64,000 nt of DNA, taken from Strigamia acuminata. Taxonomy: Eukaryota. The notes beneath the pieces are model-generated. The model was not told the origin of the DNA. It saw only the letters and a list, made by a program, of their open reading frames with translations, and made no database searches. This document shows positions 62,391-64,000 of this stretch, one piece after another. Made by a program: the position numbers and the translations under genes. The stretch covers positions 12,524,001 to 12,588,000 of the forward strand of contig OX442314.1 in assembly GCA_949358305.1 (NCBI GenBank). The letters run 5' to 3'. The stretch's first letter is position 1; the number at the start of each line of letters is the position of its first letter.

Positions 62391-62857
62391 TCAAACAATT
62401 TGAAGTAGCAGATTCACGTTGATTTGTACATCTGAAGATTTTGATGCCTTTTTTTATGTTATCAATTACATTTGATTTGTTTTATTATTGAATTAATTAA
62501 ATTATATGGAATTGTTTAAAATCAACTGGTCTTTGAATCAAAATAAGAGAGAATTCATTAATCTCGATATTTTAGGAAATTTGAATTTATTTGCAAATGT
62601 GATTTCTGTTTTTAACTTGAAAGCTTACGAAACGAAGTAAGCCAATTCTGCTCAACGTGCAACGAGTGTTTATGCAATCTTCGGAGCCTTAAGAGTTGAT
62701 CCCATCGTTTCAAACCTCGGGTGTACATGGTAGCACGTAAAAGGTCGATTTTCTTGTTAAATATTGGTTCCTCCGAGTTATGAAAGCACCTCAAATGTTA
62801 TTATTAGCGCAAACATTGCACTTGTTAGCTGTAAGTACTTTAGACAAACAGATATGG

Positions 62858-63049
62858 TTTATTACATAAAATTGATATCGGAAAAATGTTAAAAACCAAA
62901 TAAGAAAATAATAATAGCAATGCTTCAAATGTAATGTTTGAAAAAGCCTTTACTAAACAGCAGAAAACCAAATTCTTACAAACATCTCTAAAGCAATAAA
63001 ATAATTCAAATCTTTAAATAAAAAAAATTAACAAGACAGTTGCTTTATT
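62858..63049 (-). terminator. Candidate polyadenylation signals of the minus-strand TRIM9-like gene
   Basis: AATAAA on the minus strand at 63044-63049 and 62858-62863, within a U-rich 3' UTR. Confidence 0.4.
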
Positions 63050-63637
63050 AATTACATTTCAGCTTTTTTTTTTCTTTTTTTTGTTAATTTTTTTTTTGTT
63101 AATTTTTTTGGTTTTTCAGCTCAAATATATTTAAAAAATGAAATCTAGAATATAATTCAGAATTAACGTACTGTATGAACACTATAAACAAAATATTACA
63201 GAAAATTAACAAATTATTTTGGCATCAAAAAAATTAATTGTTACACTTTGTTTTCAAATAAATGGCAGTGGGAATTGTAGGGATTTCATTTCATCAAATT
63301 CTAATAAATCACAAAATAGTACATAAGTGTATCATTCTTGCAAATAAAAAACGTTTATCCTTGCAAATATCAGTTGAAAACAGTTACTGTGCAATCCTCA
63401 TTTACCAACTTCCTTCAATAGTATTGAATTCGAAACCGAAGTAGAAATGCGAGATTTCCAATGACATGTACAGGAATGAGTGTGGTTAAACACAGCTGTT
63501 GGTCTCTAAAGTTAGCATTTTTCCAAGTTCCTCGTGTCAATATGACACACGATTCATACCAACTCAATATTAAATACAACAGTCACGTTTCAGCACACGC
63601 GACGTTTGATTCGACACGGTTGAGAAAACTGTATTTC

Positions 63638-63942
63638 TCAGCTGTCGTCCCCTTCGCTCTCGTGATCAATGGGAGGGTCGAGACCCGTGTGCACTGTCAC
63701 AGCAACACTGCGATTGATGCTGACGGCCGGGTAAAACACGCCGTATAAATCGGTAAAAGCGACTGGTCCTTGCGGCTCCTGGTTCACATAGAAACTCAAC
63801 TGGTGGTTGTCGAGGTCGAGAAAAACTCCAACAACTGACGCGACGTCCACGCCGCCTTCGGTGCGATGCTCATGTCCGTCGCAGTGCAAAAACCAACTGC
63901 GTTGGTTGTCAATATACATTCCCCATCCTTTGTCATCTTTTC
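63638..63942 (-). CDS. TRIM9: Terminal SPRY-domain exon of a second TRIM9-like gene; upstream exons lie beyond the window
   Basis: ttttatag|GKDDKGWGMYIDNQRSWFLH...VGVFLDLD...FYVNQEPQGPVAF..LYGVFYPAVSINR...HTGLDPP...stop; intact frame. Confidence 0.92.
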
Positions 63943-64000
63943 CTATAAAAATAAAATAAAATTTCACCATTCAATTGATGAAAAAAAAATTGCTTTCGTA

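Overview
AT-rich animal (probably arthropod) genomic DNA with spliceosomal introns. It contains a + strand TRIM9-like E3 ligase gene whose RING/B-box/coiled-coil/COS exons (11756-22981) are intact but whose FN3/SPRY exons (24338-25642) are decayed. A second TRIM9 copy ends on the - strand at the window's right edge (intact terminal SPRY exon 63638-63942). Two head-to-head genes with single-exon CDSs lie in the first intron of the + copy: a BC-box/LRR protein, and a SPOP-like MATH-BTB protein with an unexpected signal peptide and seven N-glycosylation sequons. The centre holds two young Ty3/Gypsy LTR retrotransposons (30485-35220 and 35601-46753). The second sits in a four-level nest of Harbinger-, Tc1/mariner-, Gypsy- and piggyBac-type elements, with a hAT element beside it. 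It also has a 3.8 kb leader with a ~180 bp degenerate array, an internal TATA/Inr promoter before gag, and a -1 frameshift signal. The remainder is non-coding, with MITEs, a LINE 3' fragment and several dispersed divergent repeats. All calls were made by eye; no database searches were run.
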